From Thermoplasmatota archaeon (GTDB lineage Archaea; Thermoplasmatota; Penumbrarchaeia; Penumbrarchaeales; Penumbrarchaeaceae), in the NCBI GenBank assembly GCA_965234725.1, contig CBDDUX010000077.1, positions 1-42,757 of the forward strand: a stretch of DNA of 42,757 nucleotides. The letters are read 5' to 3'. Within the stretch, counting starts at the first letter, position 1; each line of letters begins with the position of its first letter. The notes beneath the pieces were generated by a model. That model was given only the letters and a program-made list of their open reading frames with translations, was not told where the DNA came from and ran no database searches. Position numbers and translations under genes: made by a program. Shown in pieces: positions 21,063 through 30,995 of the stretch.

Positions 21063-21335
21063 ATGAAAGGTGGTTCAATAGGTGATCTGCCATTACCCGG
21101 GGTGGATCCTTATTCTGAAGCAGTAGCTCTAACAAGGTCCCACCAGACCGCTGAAAGTTCTAAATGTACAGTTTGCGGATCACCTCATCAGACCTGGTAC
21201 AACAAGATAATGACGATCGGGAACGATGAAGGTGTCCTATCAGGTGACCTGTCCATCAGGAAGCTTGTTATCAAGACATGTCTCTCCTGCGGTCATACGG
21301 CCCCTGTGACATTCCAGCTTGTCAGGGATATGTGA
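21063..21335 (+). CDS. Small zinc-ribbon protein
   Basis: CTVC and CLSCGH pairs. TTTATA at 21032-21037, 25 nt upstream of ATG 21063. Confidence 0.6.
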   Translation: MKGGSIGDLPLPGVDPYSEAVALTRSHQTAESSKCTVCGSPHQTWYNKIMTIGNDEGVLSGDLSIRKLVIKTCLSCGHTAPVTFQLVRDM

Positions 21336-21345
21336 TCGGGTCCTT

Positions 21346-22167
21346 TTACAGATCGATATCGGGTCTGGCTTCTTTAAGAACAGGTATCTTTTCTCTCAGA
21401 GAATACATCTCCTTTGGATCTATAAGGCAGGTGGACCAACCCTCACCTTCATCCACGGATGCGATAACGTTCCCAAATGGTGAGAAGATCCTTGATCTGC
21501 CTCCCATCATGGATCCACCATGGTCACCGTAAACATTGGTACCGATCACAAAACACTGGTTCTCGATCGCTCTAGCACGAAGGAGGGTCTCCCACTGGAA
21601 TGTTCTAAATGATGGCCATTGGGCAGGATAGATCAGAAGCTGTGCTCCCCCGAAGACAAGTTTTCTGGAAAGCTCAGGAAAACGTACTTCGTAACATATT
21701 AGGGGGCCAATGGGAACATCATCAAAACGGAACAGGGTCAAATGGTCCCCCGGTGTGAAGAACCGGTCCTCTCCGGACCTCGAGAAAAGGTGGGTCTTAT
21801 CATATACACCTTTTATTTTTCCATCCCTGCCAATGTGAATTGATCTGTTGTAGAAGCAGGAATTCTCCTCGACGACCTGGGTGAAGATAATATTGACAGA
21901 ATGTTCCGATGAAAGATCCGAAAGGGCCCCTATAACATCCCCGGACCTCTTTGCCAGTTCTTTCAGCATGCCGTATGGGAATCCGGTTGCAAAAACCTCA
22001 GGAAGGACCAGGAGGTCGGGTTTGCTGTTCTTGATACAATCCTCTATCATCCTTGTGGCAGATCTGAGATTGCCATCGATATCTCCAAGATGAAGTTCTG
22101 TCTGAATGATACCCGCTGTGAACTCCTTGGTCCACTTTGGAAACGGGGAGATATCTCCATTCTCCAT
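21346..22167 (-). CDS. Nitrilase / carbon-nitrogen hydrolase (omega-amidase/YafV-like)
   Basis: Catalytic triad motifs 'LPEVF', 'YDKTHLF' and 'ICYEVRFPE', plus 'RARAIENQ'. Confidence 0.92.
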   Translation of the reverse strand: MENGDISPFPKWTKEFTAGIIQTELHLGDIDGNLRSATRMIEDCIKNSKPDLLVLPEVFATGFPYGMLKELAKRSGDVIGALSDLSSEHSVNIIFTQVVEENSCFYNRSIHIGRDGKIKGVYDKTHLFSRSGEDRFFTPGDHLTLFRFDDVPIGPLICYEVRFPELSRKLVFGGAQLLIYPAQWPSFRTFQWETLLRARAIENQCFVIGTNVYGDHGGSMMGGRSRIFSPFGNVIASVDEGEGWSTCLIDPKEMYSLREKIPVLKEARPDIDL

Positions 22168-22169
22168 GG

Positions 22170-22499
22170 TCAGATGACCTCGCTTAGTTCCTGAACAAGC
22201 CTGGGTTTTGGCAGGAATCCCATTCTTGTCTTAACGAGCTTTCCACCTTTATAGAATGCAAGTGTCGGGATCGATCTTATACCCAGCTTCATGGGTGTCT
22301 TCATGTTCTTGGTAACATCCATCTTTCCGATGGCTATCTTTCCCTTCATCTCGGATGAAAGCTGCTCCAGAATAGGCGCTATCATCTTGCAGGGAGCACA
22401 TGCCGGACCCCAGAAATCTACCAGCACTGTATCAAACTTCTTTGTGAAATCCTCGAATCCCTCGTCATTTATCTCCACGATCCCATCGGGCCAATCCAT
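22170..22499 (-). CDS. trxA: Thioredoxin
   Basis: 'LVDFWGPACAPCKMIAP' and 'GIRSIPTL'. Confidence 0.9.
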   Translation of the reverse strand: MDWPDGIVEINDEGFEDFTKKFDTVLVDFWGPACAPCKMIAPILEQLSSEMKGKIAIGKMDVTKNMKTPMKLGIRSIPTLAFYKGGKLVKTRMGFLPKPRLVQELSEVI

Positions 22500-22668
22500 A
22501 GGTCATCTCCGTCTCCGATTAGGGTACCTAACTATTTATCCTTGACCCCGGACCCGCATTTCGGATGTTGATAATTTACCGAGGTCCATGACCTCTGTGA
22601 AGGTGTTTCTACATTCCATACTATCGGTCTTAACAGGGTTTATCAAAAGGGAATCCATTCCCCCCTGG

Positions 22669-22845
22669 ATGATACCTGTATGGAAAGGATCTTCCTGCCT
22701 AAGATGCGTGGCATGTGTCGGTGCATGTCCCGCGGGAGCTATCAGGTTCAGAGAGAATGTGATAATAATCGATGCCGAGGTCTGTACCTCGTGCGGGACC
22801 TGCATCAGGATCTGTCCTGTTGGAGCCATGGAGGAGGGGGCCTGA
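22669..22845 (+). CDS. 2x[4Fe-4S] ferredoxin
   Basis: Two CxxCxxCxxxCP motifs. ATG 22669 has TTTATC 24 nt upstream. The stop overlaps the GGR start (TGATG). Confidence 0.9.
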   Translation: MIPVWKGSSCLRCVACVGACPAGAIRFRENVIIIDAEVCTSCGTCIRICPVGAMEEGA

Positions 22846-24032
22846 TGATCGAAGTGGATAGTGTTGATTGTCTTGTTGTGGGCGGTGGACCTGCCGGAAG
22901 TACAACTGCATGGAAACTTGCGGAGATGGGAAGGTCCGTACTCCTTATAGAAAAGAGAGAGGAGATCGGTGTCCCTGTTCGCTGCGGCGAAGGTATATCC
23001 AAACAGCTTCTAGAGAAACTGGGATTGAGACCGGATCCTCAATGGATCTCTTCCGAGATGGATGGGGCCATTGTTGTATCCCCGGGTGGTAAAGAACTGG
23101 TGATCGGTCCTGAAATATCAGGACCGGAGGTAGGATATGTGATCAAAAGGGAGATGTTCGACCAGGCCCTTGCAAGAAAAGCGATAGGGGCGGGAGCACA
23201 GGTCGAGGTCAGAGCGGAAGCGGTCTCCATGGAGAGGCATGGTAAAGGGTGGAAGGTGGGGATCAGGACGCTTAATGGAATTGTGAAGGTGGATGCAAAA
23301 GTGGTGGTGGCCGCTGACGGCTTCGAATCATTGGTCTCCCGATGGGCCGGTTTTGACACTAAACTCTCTCTTGGTGATATCGATACCTGCATACAGTACG
23401 AGATGACCGGGATCGAGACAATGGGTAAGTTCACGGAGTTCTTCCTGGGCAAGAAGAAAGCTCCCGGAGGCTACATCTGGTGCTTCCCCAAGGGACCTAA
23501 CATTGCAAACGTCGGCATCGGTATAAACGGGTCCATGATAACCGAAAGGGCAGATCCTAAAAAGTATCTGGATGATTTCATATCAAAGAATGAAAGGTTC
23601 TCCAAAGGGACCATTACAGAGATCAATGGCGGAGGGGTATCTGTCTCACTTCCGCTTGAAAGAACCGTTGCCGATTCCTTCATTGTTGTAGGTGATGCAG
23701 CCAGGATGATCGATCCCCTTACCGGAGGAGGAGTATACAATGGCTGCATTGCAGCCATCCAGGCAGCCAAAGCAATAGATAATGCCCTGAAACTGGGGGA
23801 CACATCCGAGAAGGTCCTGGAGAGCTACGAGAGAGGTTGGAGGGACCTTCTGGAGCAGGAAATGGTTCGGAACTACCTTGCAAAGGAGAAGATGCTTGAG
23901 GTTTCAGATGAGGTCCTTGACAAGGTTATTGAAGCCATTTCCGAATATGATCTGGAGGATATAACCACGGAAGAACTTCTTAAAGCGATATCGTCCAAAT
24001 ATCCCGAGATAATGAACCAGATCACACTTTGA
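22845..24032 (+). CDS. Digeranylgeranylglycerophospholipid reductase (geranylgeranyl reductase)
   Basis: GGGPAG FAD motif, 'PVRCGEG', 'AADG', PxxYxWxFP ('PGGYIWCFP') and 'GDAARMIDPLTGGG'. GGAGG RBS before ATG 22845. Confidence 0.92.
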   Translation: MIEVDSVDCLVVGGGPAGSTTAWKLAEMGRSVLLIEKREEIGVPVRCGEGISKQLLEKLGLRPDPQWISSEMDGAIVVSPGGKELVIGPEISGPEVGYVIKREMFDQALARKAIGAGAQVEVRAEAVSMERHGKGWKVGIRTLNGIVKVDAKVVVAADGFESLVSRWAGFDTKLSLGDIDTCIQYEMTGIETMGKFTEFFLGKKKAPGGYIWCFPKGPNIANVGIGINGSMITERADPKKYLDDFISKNERFSKGTITEINGGGVSVSLPLERTVADSFIVVGDAARMIDPLTGGGVYNGCIAAIQAAKAIDNALKLGDTSEKVLESYERGWRDLLEQEMVRNYLAKEKMLEVSDEVLDKVIEAISEYDLEDITTEELLKAISSKYPEIMNQITL

Positions 24033-24044
24033 ATTGAAAGATAA

Positions 24045-27000
24045 TCACCCTTGATCATTATTCAAATTATCCGAAAGCAGTTCCGGAGAGGTTTTTCCAT
24101 TATCCAATTCCTTCCTGGTTTCAAGCAATATGAATGGAGAATCACCCACCTTCTGTTGATCTGGTGGAAGCGGAGCTCTCTTGAATTCGTTCATTGCCTC
24201 TTGTTCTCCCATATTATTTTCCTTCCGTTTCTTCATCAGAATGAACACCAATATCGAACCGATCAGAATCAACAGGAAAAAAAGGATCGTTATTATGATA
24301 CCAATGGGGAGTTTCTTTTCATCCTTTTCATTTTCATCCAAGATCTCTTTCCGAGGCAGGACCTCTATCTCCTTCTCGGTCGATGCCGAGAGACCCTCTC
24401 CATCGGTGACCATTAATGTTATAAGATGACGACCGGCAGGAAGGGAGAGATTGATGGATTGACCAGGACCTATTTCACCGGTAATGTTAGAGGACCAGGT
24501 GAATACGAGTGTATCACCATATGGGATATCGACATCCTTTGCGGAAGAATCAACGGTCTGGTCCTCCCCTTCCCTGAAGGTCGATCCGGCAATTATCCTG
24601 ACATCATACGGAGGATCATTTACGGGAGTCACGATGACATTGGTGTTGATGGAGACTGAGAGTAACCCATCAGAAGCTGTGATCTCAAAGGATCCAGTTC
24701 CTGACCAATTCCGGATTGGTATCACTTTCAGCAATCCATTCTTGATGGATAAGGTGAAGTTCTCGGAAGGGTCGAAATCGAATGTGAGCGGATCATTGTC
24801 GATATCGAAGAATACCTCATTTAGGTCAAGTTCGGTTCCGGGGGAATCCTCTTCCATTTCAAGGACGATCTCGGTTAGGTTGAGTTCAGGACCGTCATTG
24901 ACATTCAGGACCTTCAATGTGAATATTCTGAAATCGATCCCTCCGTTACCATCATTGACGGAAACGTTCAACCACCAAACACCCACATCTTCATTTGCGG
25001 GGATACCAGTGATGTTTCCTGTGTTTGGATCGATCACAAGGAAGGAAGCATCGGTGTCCAGGTCCCATCTTAAAACATCTTCTCTATCGATATCTTCCGC
25101 ATCCAGGTCCAAATAGAATGGCATATCCTCCACAGCATCAGGCACATCGAAGAGTTCAATGAAAGGATCGTCATTGACATTGAGGACCGTCAACGTGAAA
25201 TTCACATCATCCGATCCTCCCTTTTCATCGGACAGGTAAACATGTACCCACCAGGAACCTATATCGTCACATCTCGGTAAACCTGAGATCATACCACTCC
25301 TCTTTCCGATCTCAATAAAATCAGCATCGGTTTTCATTGACCACAACATATTGTCCCTTGTCGGGTCCTCATCGAAAGCATTGAGGTCCAACGAGAAACT
25401 TTCATCCTCACGGATCTCTGGGACCTCGAAGGGGAGGATCACCGGATCATCATTCGTGTTGTATACATTGATCCTGAATTCCTTCTCGTCGGTTCCTCCG
25501 TTTCCATCATCAAGGATTATTTTGATCGAACAGGATCCCGTGTCGTTATTGGTGGGCATCCCCGAGATCGTTCCGGTATCCGGATCGATTTCGAGGAATC
25601 CGGCATCGGTTTCCATGGACCATGTTAACTTATCGTTGACAGGATCGATGTCGCTTCCCTCGAAACCATGAGAATAGAACAGGTCCTCCGTGGCATGGGG
25701 CATACTCGTTGTTTCGATCTTCGGAGGATCATTGATGTTGACCACTTCCATAGTGAAGTTCAGGTAATCGAAATTGATGTTGTTGATAGTGGCTGACACG
25801 TTCACCCAGTATTCTCCGACATCATCGTTTGTTGGTGTACCTGATAGTATCCCTGATTCTTCGATCGTCAGCCAACTTCCCGCATCAGTCCTAATATTCC
25901 AAAAAGCTCCCTTTCCACCGGGAAGGGATGTGTTCGCATCCAGGTTCATTCTGTAATTTTGATCCTCATATGCAGTGTCATTATCGATCCTGGTGACTAT
26001 CTTACATAGACCACCGTAATCACACATTCTAAGAAACGGATAGGTATTGTCTTCCACAATATTCCAGGTATTCTCGAAGTCCCAGCCTGCATATCTGCTC
26101 TGTTTCATCATGTTGGACGTATTCATTCCCAATCCGCCATCGCTGACCGTTCTTCCAGAAGTTTCGACATCCCAATAACAATTGGACACACTACCATAAT
26201 GATGGTAACCAATGAAACCACCACCACTTCCGGAGTAATTTGATGTGATCTTTCCTGTAGAATAACAATTCGTAATTTGAGCATTATAAAAATATCCGAT
26301 AAATCCTCCGACTGATTTCAATGAACAGAATACATCCCCAGTTGAATAGCAATTAGATATTGATCCAGAGTCCCAATCTCCAATCAGTCCTCCTACACAA
26401 TTGCCATATACATCCATTGTTGAAAAGCTGGTTTTAACTGTTGCACTTCCGCTTCCAATCAAACCTCCTGCACGGGCTATCAAATTTTCAATATCATTTA
26501 TTTGACCTAACGAGGAGCATTTTTCGATTATCCCATAATTGCTCATCCCAGCAATGCCACCGCAACTATCCAATCCATTTATTATTACATTTACATAACA
26601 TTTACTGATCGTTCCAAAATCTATGCTTGAATAATGGATTCCGGAACTTCCAGCTATTCCACCTATATTGTAGTATCCTGAAATTTTTCCAGTCACCGAG
26701 CTATTGTATATGAGGCCCAAATTTGTTCCTGCAATGCCTCCGATTAAATAATAACCAGTGATAACTACATCTCTCATGGAAATATTGGTGATTTGAGCGG
26801 TTCCATTGTTAAACCCAATTAAACCAATAAATGATTCATTTAGTCTGTTTATGAAAAGACCAGAAATGAAAAAACCCTTACCATCAAGACTACCTTCAAA
26901 GTAATTAGTTGAATTCCCGATCGGAAGGAAAGCCTTTCCACCGTTCCAGGTCCTGGTCTCGCTTGCATTGATATCATTAATAAGAATGTAATGAGCGTCC

Positions 27001-27200
27001 AGGTCCTCGTTCATCGATTGTAGCTGAGTTACATTCGAGATCCGATAGGGATTCGAATCGGTTCCATTGCCGCCTGCAAAGGAGGAAGATAGTGAGGAAA
27101 AGATTTTGGGAGATATGGAAATCTCGGCGTCAACTGGTAAGATGCTGAAAGAGCCGGATATGAGAAATGTGAATATTAGAAAGATTACAAACTTCCTCAT
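24045..27200 (-). CDS. Surface adhesin-like protein A: signal peptide, GLUG repeats, cadherin/Ig-like repeats, PKD-like domain, C-terminal TM
   Basis: 'FAGGNGT..NPYRISN', GGL/IG GLUG repeats, repeated 'NVNDxP' cadherin-like linkers and TM followed by KKRK. Confidence 0.85.
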   Translation of the reverse strand: MRKFVIFLIFTFLISGSFSILPVDAEISISPKIFSSLSSSFAGGNGTDSNPYRISNVTQLQSMNEDLDAHYILINDINASETRTWNGGKAFLPIGNSTNYFEGSLDGKGFFISGLFINRLNESFIGLIGFNNGTAQITNISMRDVVITGYYLIGGIAGTNLGLIYNSSVTGKISGYYNIGGIAGSSGIHYSSIDFGTISKCYVNVIINGLDSCGGIAGMSNYGIIEKCSSLGQINDIENLIARAGGLIGSGSATVKTSFSTMDVYGNCVGGLIGDWDSGSISNCYSTGDVFCSLKSVGGFIGYFYNAQITNCYSTGKITSNYSGSGGGFIGYHHYGSVSNCYWDVETSGRTVSDGGLGMNTSNMMKQSRYAGWDFENTWNIVEDNTYPFLRMCDYGGLCKIVTRIDNDTAYEDQNYRMNLDANTSLPGGKGAFWNIRTDAGSWLTIEESGILSGTPTNDDVGEYWVNVSATINNINFDYLNFTMEVVNINDPPKIETTSMPHATEDLFYSHGFEGSDIDPVNDKLTWSMETDAGFLEIDPDTGTISGMPTNNDTGSCSIKIILDDGNGGTDEKEFRINVYNTNDDPVILPFEVPEIREDESFSLDLNAFDEDPTRDNMLWSMKTDADFIEIGKRSGMISGLPRCDDIGSWWVHVYLSDEKGGSDDVNFTLTVLNVNDDPFIELFDVPDAVEDMPFYLDLDAEDIDREDVLRWDLDTDASFLVIDPNTGNITGIPANEDVGVWWLNVSVNDGNGGIDFRIFTLKVLNVNDGPELNLTEIVLEMEEDSPGTELDLNEVFFDIDNDPLTFDFDPSENFTLSIKNGLLKVIPIRNWSGTGSFEITASDGLLSVSINTNVIVTPVNDPPYDVRIIAGSTFREGEDQTVDSSAKDVDIPYGDTLVFTWSSNITGEIGPGQSINLSLPAGRHLITLMVTDGEGLSASTEKEIEVLPRKEILDENEKDEKKLPIGIIITILFFLLILIGSILVFILMKKRKENNMGEQEAMNEFKRAPLPPDQQKVGDSPFILLETRKELDNGKTSPELLSDNLNNDQG

Positions 27201-29300
27201 TTCATTACCTCATTTCTCTCGTTATGTGGATTCAATCTCTCCAGATGATCCTCCCTTCCATTTAATTCATACATTGATTTGGATCGTTGAATCATGAAAG
27301 TAGAATCACCCTTAATATACTGATACGGAAGAGGTGGGCCTCTCTGAAATCGCGAAAGGTCCGCTTCCTTTTTCTTTATCTCTTTTTTCTTTTGCACTTT
27401 GAGGAAGAGGAAAATTCCACTGACAATAGCAATAACAAAGATGATCACGATCGAGATGATCAGAAACGGTATCAAGAATCCATTTTCTGCCTCATCTTCA
27501 CCTTCGGCTCTTCTTTCATCATTTGGAAGGACCTCGATCTCCATCGATTTGGAAGCGGAGAGGCCCTCCTTATCGGTGACAATCAGTGTGATTTGATATT
27601 TACCTGGAGGGAGGGACAGATTGATCGATTTACCAGATCCGATCTCTCCGGTAATATTGGAGGACCACTTGTATGTCAGCTCATCCCCGTAGGGAAGGTC
27701 CACATCCTTTGCCGATGAGTTGACGGTCTGGTCCTCTCCTTCTCTGTAGGTGGGATTTGCCAAGATGGTAACATCGAATAGAGGATCGTTAACGGGACGA
27801 ACATTTACAGTGATGTTCAGTTGGGCTTTCAGAAAACCATCGGAAGCGGTGTAGATGATGTTCTTTATCCCGGACCAATTCCCTAACATTTCGAGGGTGA
27901 CCCTGCCATCCATTGTTAGGATTGCCATCGGATCTCCCCTGTTCAATGAATGAGCATATCTCAAGGTGTCACCGTCATCATCGTGGAAGACCTCATCGAG
28001 ATGGAACAGTAGAATGGTGGTGCCCTCATCCATCGTAATATTGAGGGATGAAGGATCTGCAATGGGTGCATCGTTGACATTGAGGACCTCCAGTTCGAAC
28101 ATCCTGTAATCGGATCCTCCATTTCCGTCGAAAACGGAAACGGTGATGCTCCATGTTCCAACATCGTCGTTGGTGGGAGATCCTTTGATGTTTCCCGTGG
28201 ACCTATCGATGGAGAGGAATGAAGCGTTGGTTTCGAGGTTCCATTCCAGAACATCTTCCGGATCGATATCTTCCGCATCCAGGTCCAGATAGAATGGTAT
28301 ATCCTCCACAGCATCAGGCACATCAAAGAGTTGGATGATCGGATCGTCATTGACATTGAGGACCGTCAACGTGAAATTCACATCATCCGATCCTCCCTTT
28401 TCGTCGGACAGGTAAACATGTACCCACCAGGAACCTATATCATCATATCCCGGTAAACCCGAGATCATACCACTCCTCTTTCCGATCTCAATAAAACCAG
28501 CATCGGTTCTCATTGACCACAACATATTGTCCCTTGTCGGGTCCTCATCGAAAGCGTTGAGGTCCAGAGAGAAACTTTCATCCTCGTTTATAATTGGAAT
28601 ATCAAAAGGAAGGATCACCGGATCATCATTCGTGTTGTATACATTGATCCTGAATTCCTTCTCATCGATTCCTCCGTTTCCATCGTCGAGAAAGATATTG
28701 ATGGTGCAGGAACCCGTGTCATTGTTTGTCGGGGTTCCTGAAATAGTTCCGGTTTCCGGATCGATATCGAGGAAACCTGCATCCGTCACAATGGACCATG
28801 TCAATTTATCGTTGACAGGATCGATGTCGCTTCCCTCGAATATGAAGGAGTAGAACAGGTCCTCTGTGGCATGGGGCATACTCGTTGTTTCGATCATTGG
28901 AGGATCATTGGTGTTGACCACTTCCAGAGTGAAGTTCAGGTAATCGAAATCGATGTTGTTGATGGTAGCCGAAGCATTCACCTCGTATTCACCGACATCA
29001 TTATTGGTTGGAGTTCCCGAGAGAACCCCTGATCCCTCAACCGTCAGCCAGCTTCCCGCATTGGTAATTATATTCCAGAAAGCTCCCTTTCCACCGGGAA
29101 GGGATGTGTTTGCATCCAGGTTCATTCTGTAATAATAATCCTCATAAGCAGTGTCATTCTCGATCCTGGAGACAATTTTACAAAGACCGCCGTAATCACA
29201 CCATCTGAGAAATGGATATGAACTGTCTTCCATTATGTTCCAGGTGTTCTCGAAGTCCCAGCCTGCATATCTGCTCTGTTTCATCATGTTGCTTGTATTC
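25086..29300. repeat. Long direct repeat between the two adhesin genes (~25086-26120 vs ~28262-29300)
   Basis: Long identical runs, e.g. gtcattgacattgaggaccgtcaacgtgaaattcacatcatccgatcctcccttttc and ttctcgaagtcccagcctgcatatctgctctgtttcatcatgttg, at an offset of about 3176 nt. Confidence 0.9.
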
Positions 29301-30352
29301 ATTCCCGTTCCAAGGTCACTGGTATTTCTACCTGATGTTTCCTTGTCCCAGTAGCTGTTTACCACGCTTCCAAGTCCTGGTCTATGTGAACCAATTAGAC
29401 CTCCTGCATAATGTTGGGCCGATACTTTTCCAATTGAATAACAATTGGATATTTTTCCTCTTTCGATATATCCAACTAATCCACCGGCTGTACCCATGCT
29501 ACTATTTACATTGCCCGTTGAATAACTATCTTTCACACTTCCTCCAGAATTACCAGTAGATCCGATTAATCCACCCGAAGAATACTCGCCATATACATTT
29601 CCGGTTGCAAAACAATTTTCCACTTTTCCATCAGATTTCCCAACCAATCCACCAGCATCTGCCTTTGCATCGACCACTCCATGAGATGAGGAATTTTTTA
29701 CCAATCCAAAAATTAAATAACCAACCAAACCCCCAATATTGTAGGAGCCACGGACACATGCTAAGGTATTACATCTTTCAGCGATTCCTTTAAAGGCCCC
29801 AAATATTCCACCTGTATTCATTACTCCTCTAATCTCTCCTTTGATCGAGCAATTGAAAATATTACCAGTTCCTGTACCAATCAATCCTCCCGTGTAATTA
29901 TTGCCCATGATCATAACCTTTGATAATGTTAGATCTTTAATTCTAGATTCTTGCGAAGAAATTGATATTAATCCAATATAATCATCATCGGATCTGTTTA
30001 TCTCAAGTCCGGAAATATCAAATCCCTTTCCATCAAGACTTCCATCAAAGGAATTTGTCAAATTTCCAATTGGAAGGAAACCCTTCCCATCATTCCAGGT
30101 CCTCGTCTCGCTTGCATTGATGTCGTTTACAAGAATGTAATGGGCATCCAGGTCCTCGTTCATCGATTGCAGCTGGGTTATATTCGAGATCCGATACGGG
30201 TTCGATTCCGAACCGTTACCGCCTGCAAATGAAGTGGATGAGGGAAGGGCCTCGAAGGAAAATGAATTCTGAACCTCTCCCTGGATCGAATTGAAAGATA
30301 GGCTGCTCGCTATCAACGATCCAAATATCAAGAAGATGAGGATCCTTCTCAG
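27197..30352 (-). CDS. Surface adhesin-like protein B, tandem paralogue of A; probable CTG start
   Basis: Same architecture as A. Extending the ORF from TTG 30331 to CTG 30352 gives (M)RRILIFLIFGSL, matching A's MRKFVIFLIFTFL. GGGGTGA RBS precedes the CTG, with an in-frame TGA at 30370-30368. Confidence 0.8.
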   Translation of the reverse strand: MRRILIFLIFGSLIASSLSFNSIQGEVQNSFSFEALPSSTSFAGGNGSESNPYRISNITQLQSMNEDLDAHYILVNDINASETRTWNDGKGFLPIGNLTNSFDGSLDGKGFDISGLEINRSDDDYIGLISISSQESRIKDLTLSKVMIMGNNYTGGLIGTGTGNIFNCSIKGEIRGVMNTGGIFGAFKGIAERCNTLACVRGSYNIGGLVGYLIFGLVKNSSSHGVVDAKADAGGLVGKSDGKVENCFATGNVYGEYSSGGLIGSTGNSGGSVKDSYSTGNVNSSMGTAGGLVGYIERGKISNCYSIGKVSAQHYAGGLIGSHRPGLGSVVNSYWDKETSGRNTSDLGTGMNTSNMMKQSRYAGWDFENTWNIMEDSSYPFLRWCDYGGLCKIVSRIENDTAYEDYYYRMNLDANTSLPGGKGAFWNIITNAGSWLTVEGSGVLSGTPTNNDVGEYEVNASATINNIDFDYLNFTLEVVNTNDPPMIETTSMPHATEDLFYSFIFEGSDIDPVNDKLTWSIVTDAGFLDIDPETGTISGTPTNNDTGSCTINIFLDDGNGGIDEKEFRINVYNTNDDPVILPFDIPIINEDESFSLDLNAFDEDPTRDNMLWSMRTDAGFIEIGKRSGMISGLPGYDDIGSWWVHVYLSDEKGGSDDVNFTLTVLNVNDDPIIQLFDVPDAVEDIPFYLDLDAEDIDPEDVLEWNLETNASFLSIDRSTGNIKGSPTNDDVGTWSITVSVFDGNGGSDYRMFELEVLNVNDAPIADPSSLNITMDEGTTILLFHLDEVFHDDDGDTLRYAHSLNRGDPMAILTMDGRVTLEMLGNWSGIKNIIYTASDGFLKAQLNITVNVRPVNDPLFDVTILANPTYREGEDQTVNSSAKDVDLPYGDELTYKWSSNITGEIGSGKSINLSLPPGKYQITLIVTDKEGLSASKSMEIEVLPNDERRAEGEDEAENGFLIPFLIISIVIIFVIAIVSGIFLFLKVQKKKEIKKKEADLSRFQRGPPLPYQYIKGDSTFMIQRSKSMYELNGREDHLERLNPHNERNEVMK

Positions 30353-30453
30353 AACCTCACCCCTACTTCAATTCCTGATATTTCCTCCACATCAATTGTA
30401 TCGAAGGGGTCCTTTTAATATTCTTTGAGACATATTCGGAATGAGGGCTTCAA

Positions 30454-30924
30454 ATGACCACGTATGCGAACTTCGAGACCAACATGGGAAAGATCAAGAT
30501 CAGACTTGAAACCGAAAAGGCACCGCTGACAACCAAGAACTTCATGGACCTTGCGAACAAAGGCTTCTACAACGGCCTCATCTTTCATCGGGTCATCCCT
30601 GATTTCATGATACAGGGAGGATGTCCCCAGGGAACCGGGACCGGAGGTCCTGGATACAAGATCAAGGACGAGTTCCATCCTCAGCTAAAACACACCAAAG
30701 GGGCCATCTCAATGGCGAATGCAGGACCCAATACAGGTGGAAGCCAGTTCTTCCTCGTCACTAAAGAAGGTGGAACAACATGGCTCGACAACCATCACTC
30801 CGTCTTCGGTTACATCGTGGAAGGCCAGGACATAGCCGATAAGATATCCCTGGTCCAGAAGGACAGACAGGACAGACCCGTATCACCCATAGTCATGAAC
30901 AGGATCGCTATTATCGAAGAATAG
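30454..30924 (+). CDS. Cyclophilin-type peptidyl-prolyl cis-trans isomerase
   Basis: 'FHRVIPDFMIQGG', 'SMANAGPNTGGSQFF' and 'WLDNHHSVFG'. Confidence 0.97.
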   Translation: MTTYANFETNMGKIKIRLETEKAPLTTKNFMDLANKGFYNGLIFHRVIPDFMIQGGCPQGTGTGGPGYKIKDEFHPQLKHTKGAISMANAGPNTGGSQFFLVTKEGGTTWLDNHHSVFGYIVEGQDIADKISLVQKDRQDRPVSPIVMNRIAIIEE

Positions 30925-30946
30925 ATCCTACCACTGATGTGGCATC

Positions 30947-30981
30947 AGGTCCCGGGCTATAATATCGGGACCTTTTTTTTT
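30947..30981 (+). terminator. Hairpin plus oligo-T terminator after the cyclophilin gene
   Basis: AGGTCCCG (30947-54) / CGGGACCT (30966-73) followed by a T run, between convergent genes. Confidence 0.7.
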
Positions 30982-30995
30982 ATTTAATTCTCCAT

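Noticed and set aside
22170..22499. Thioredoxin active site ACAPC lacking the usual preceding Trp
   Set aside because: CxxC and the cis-Pro motif are intact. This is minor, common variation.
22588..22844. N-terminal extensions of ferredoxin (22588) and GGR (22680) in the ORF track
   Set aside because: Promoter position and the TGATG overlap with an SD support starts at 22669 and 22845.
22669..24032. Ferredoxin-GGR coupling as a novel system
   Set aside because: Ferredoxin as electron donor for archaeal geranylgeranyl reductase is already established.
24045..30352. Diversity-generating retroelement behind the adhesin variation
   Set aside because: No reverse transcriptase and no short TR/VR pair. 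The differences are not adenine-specific.
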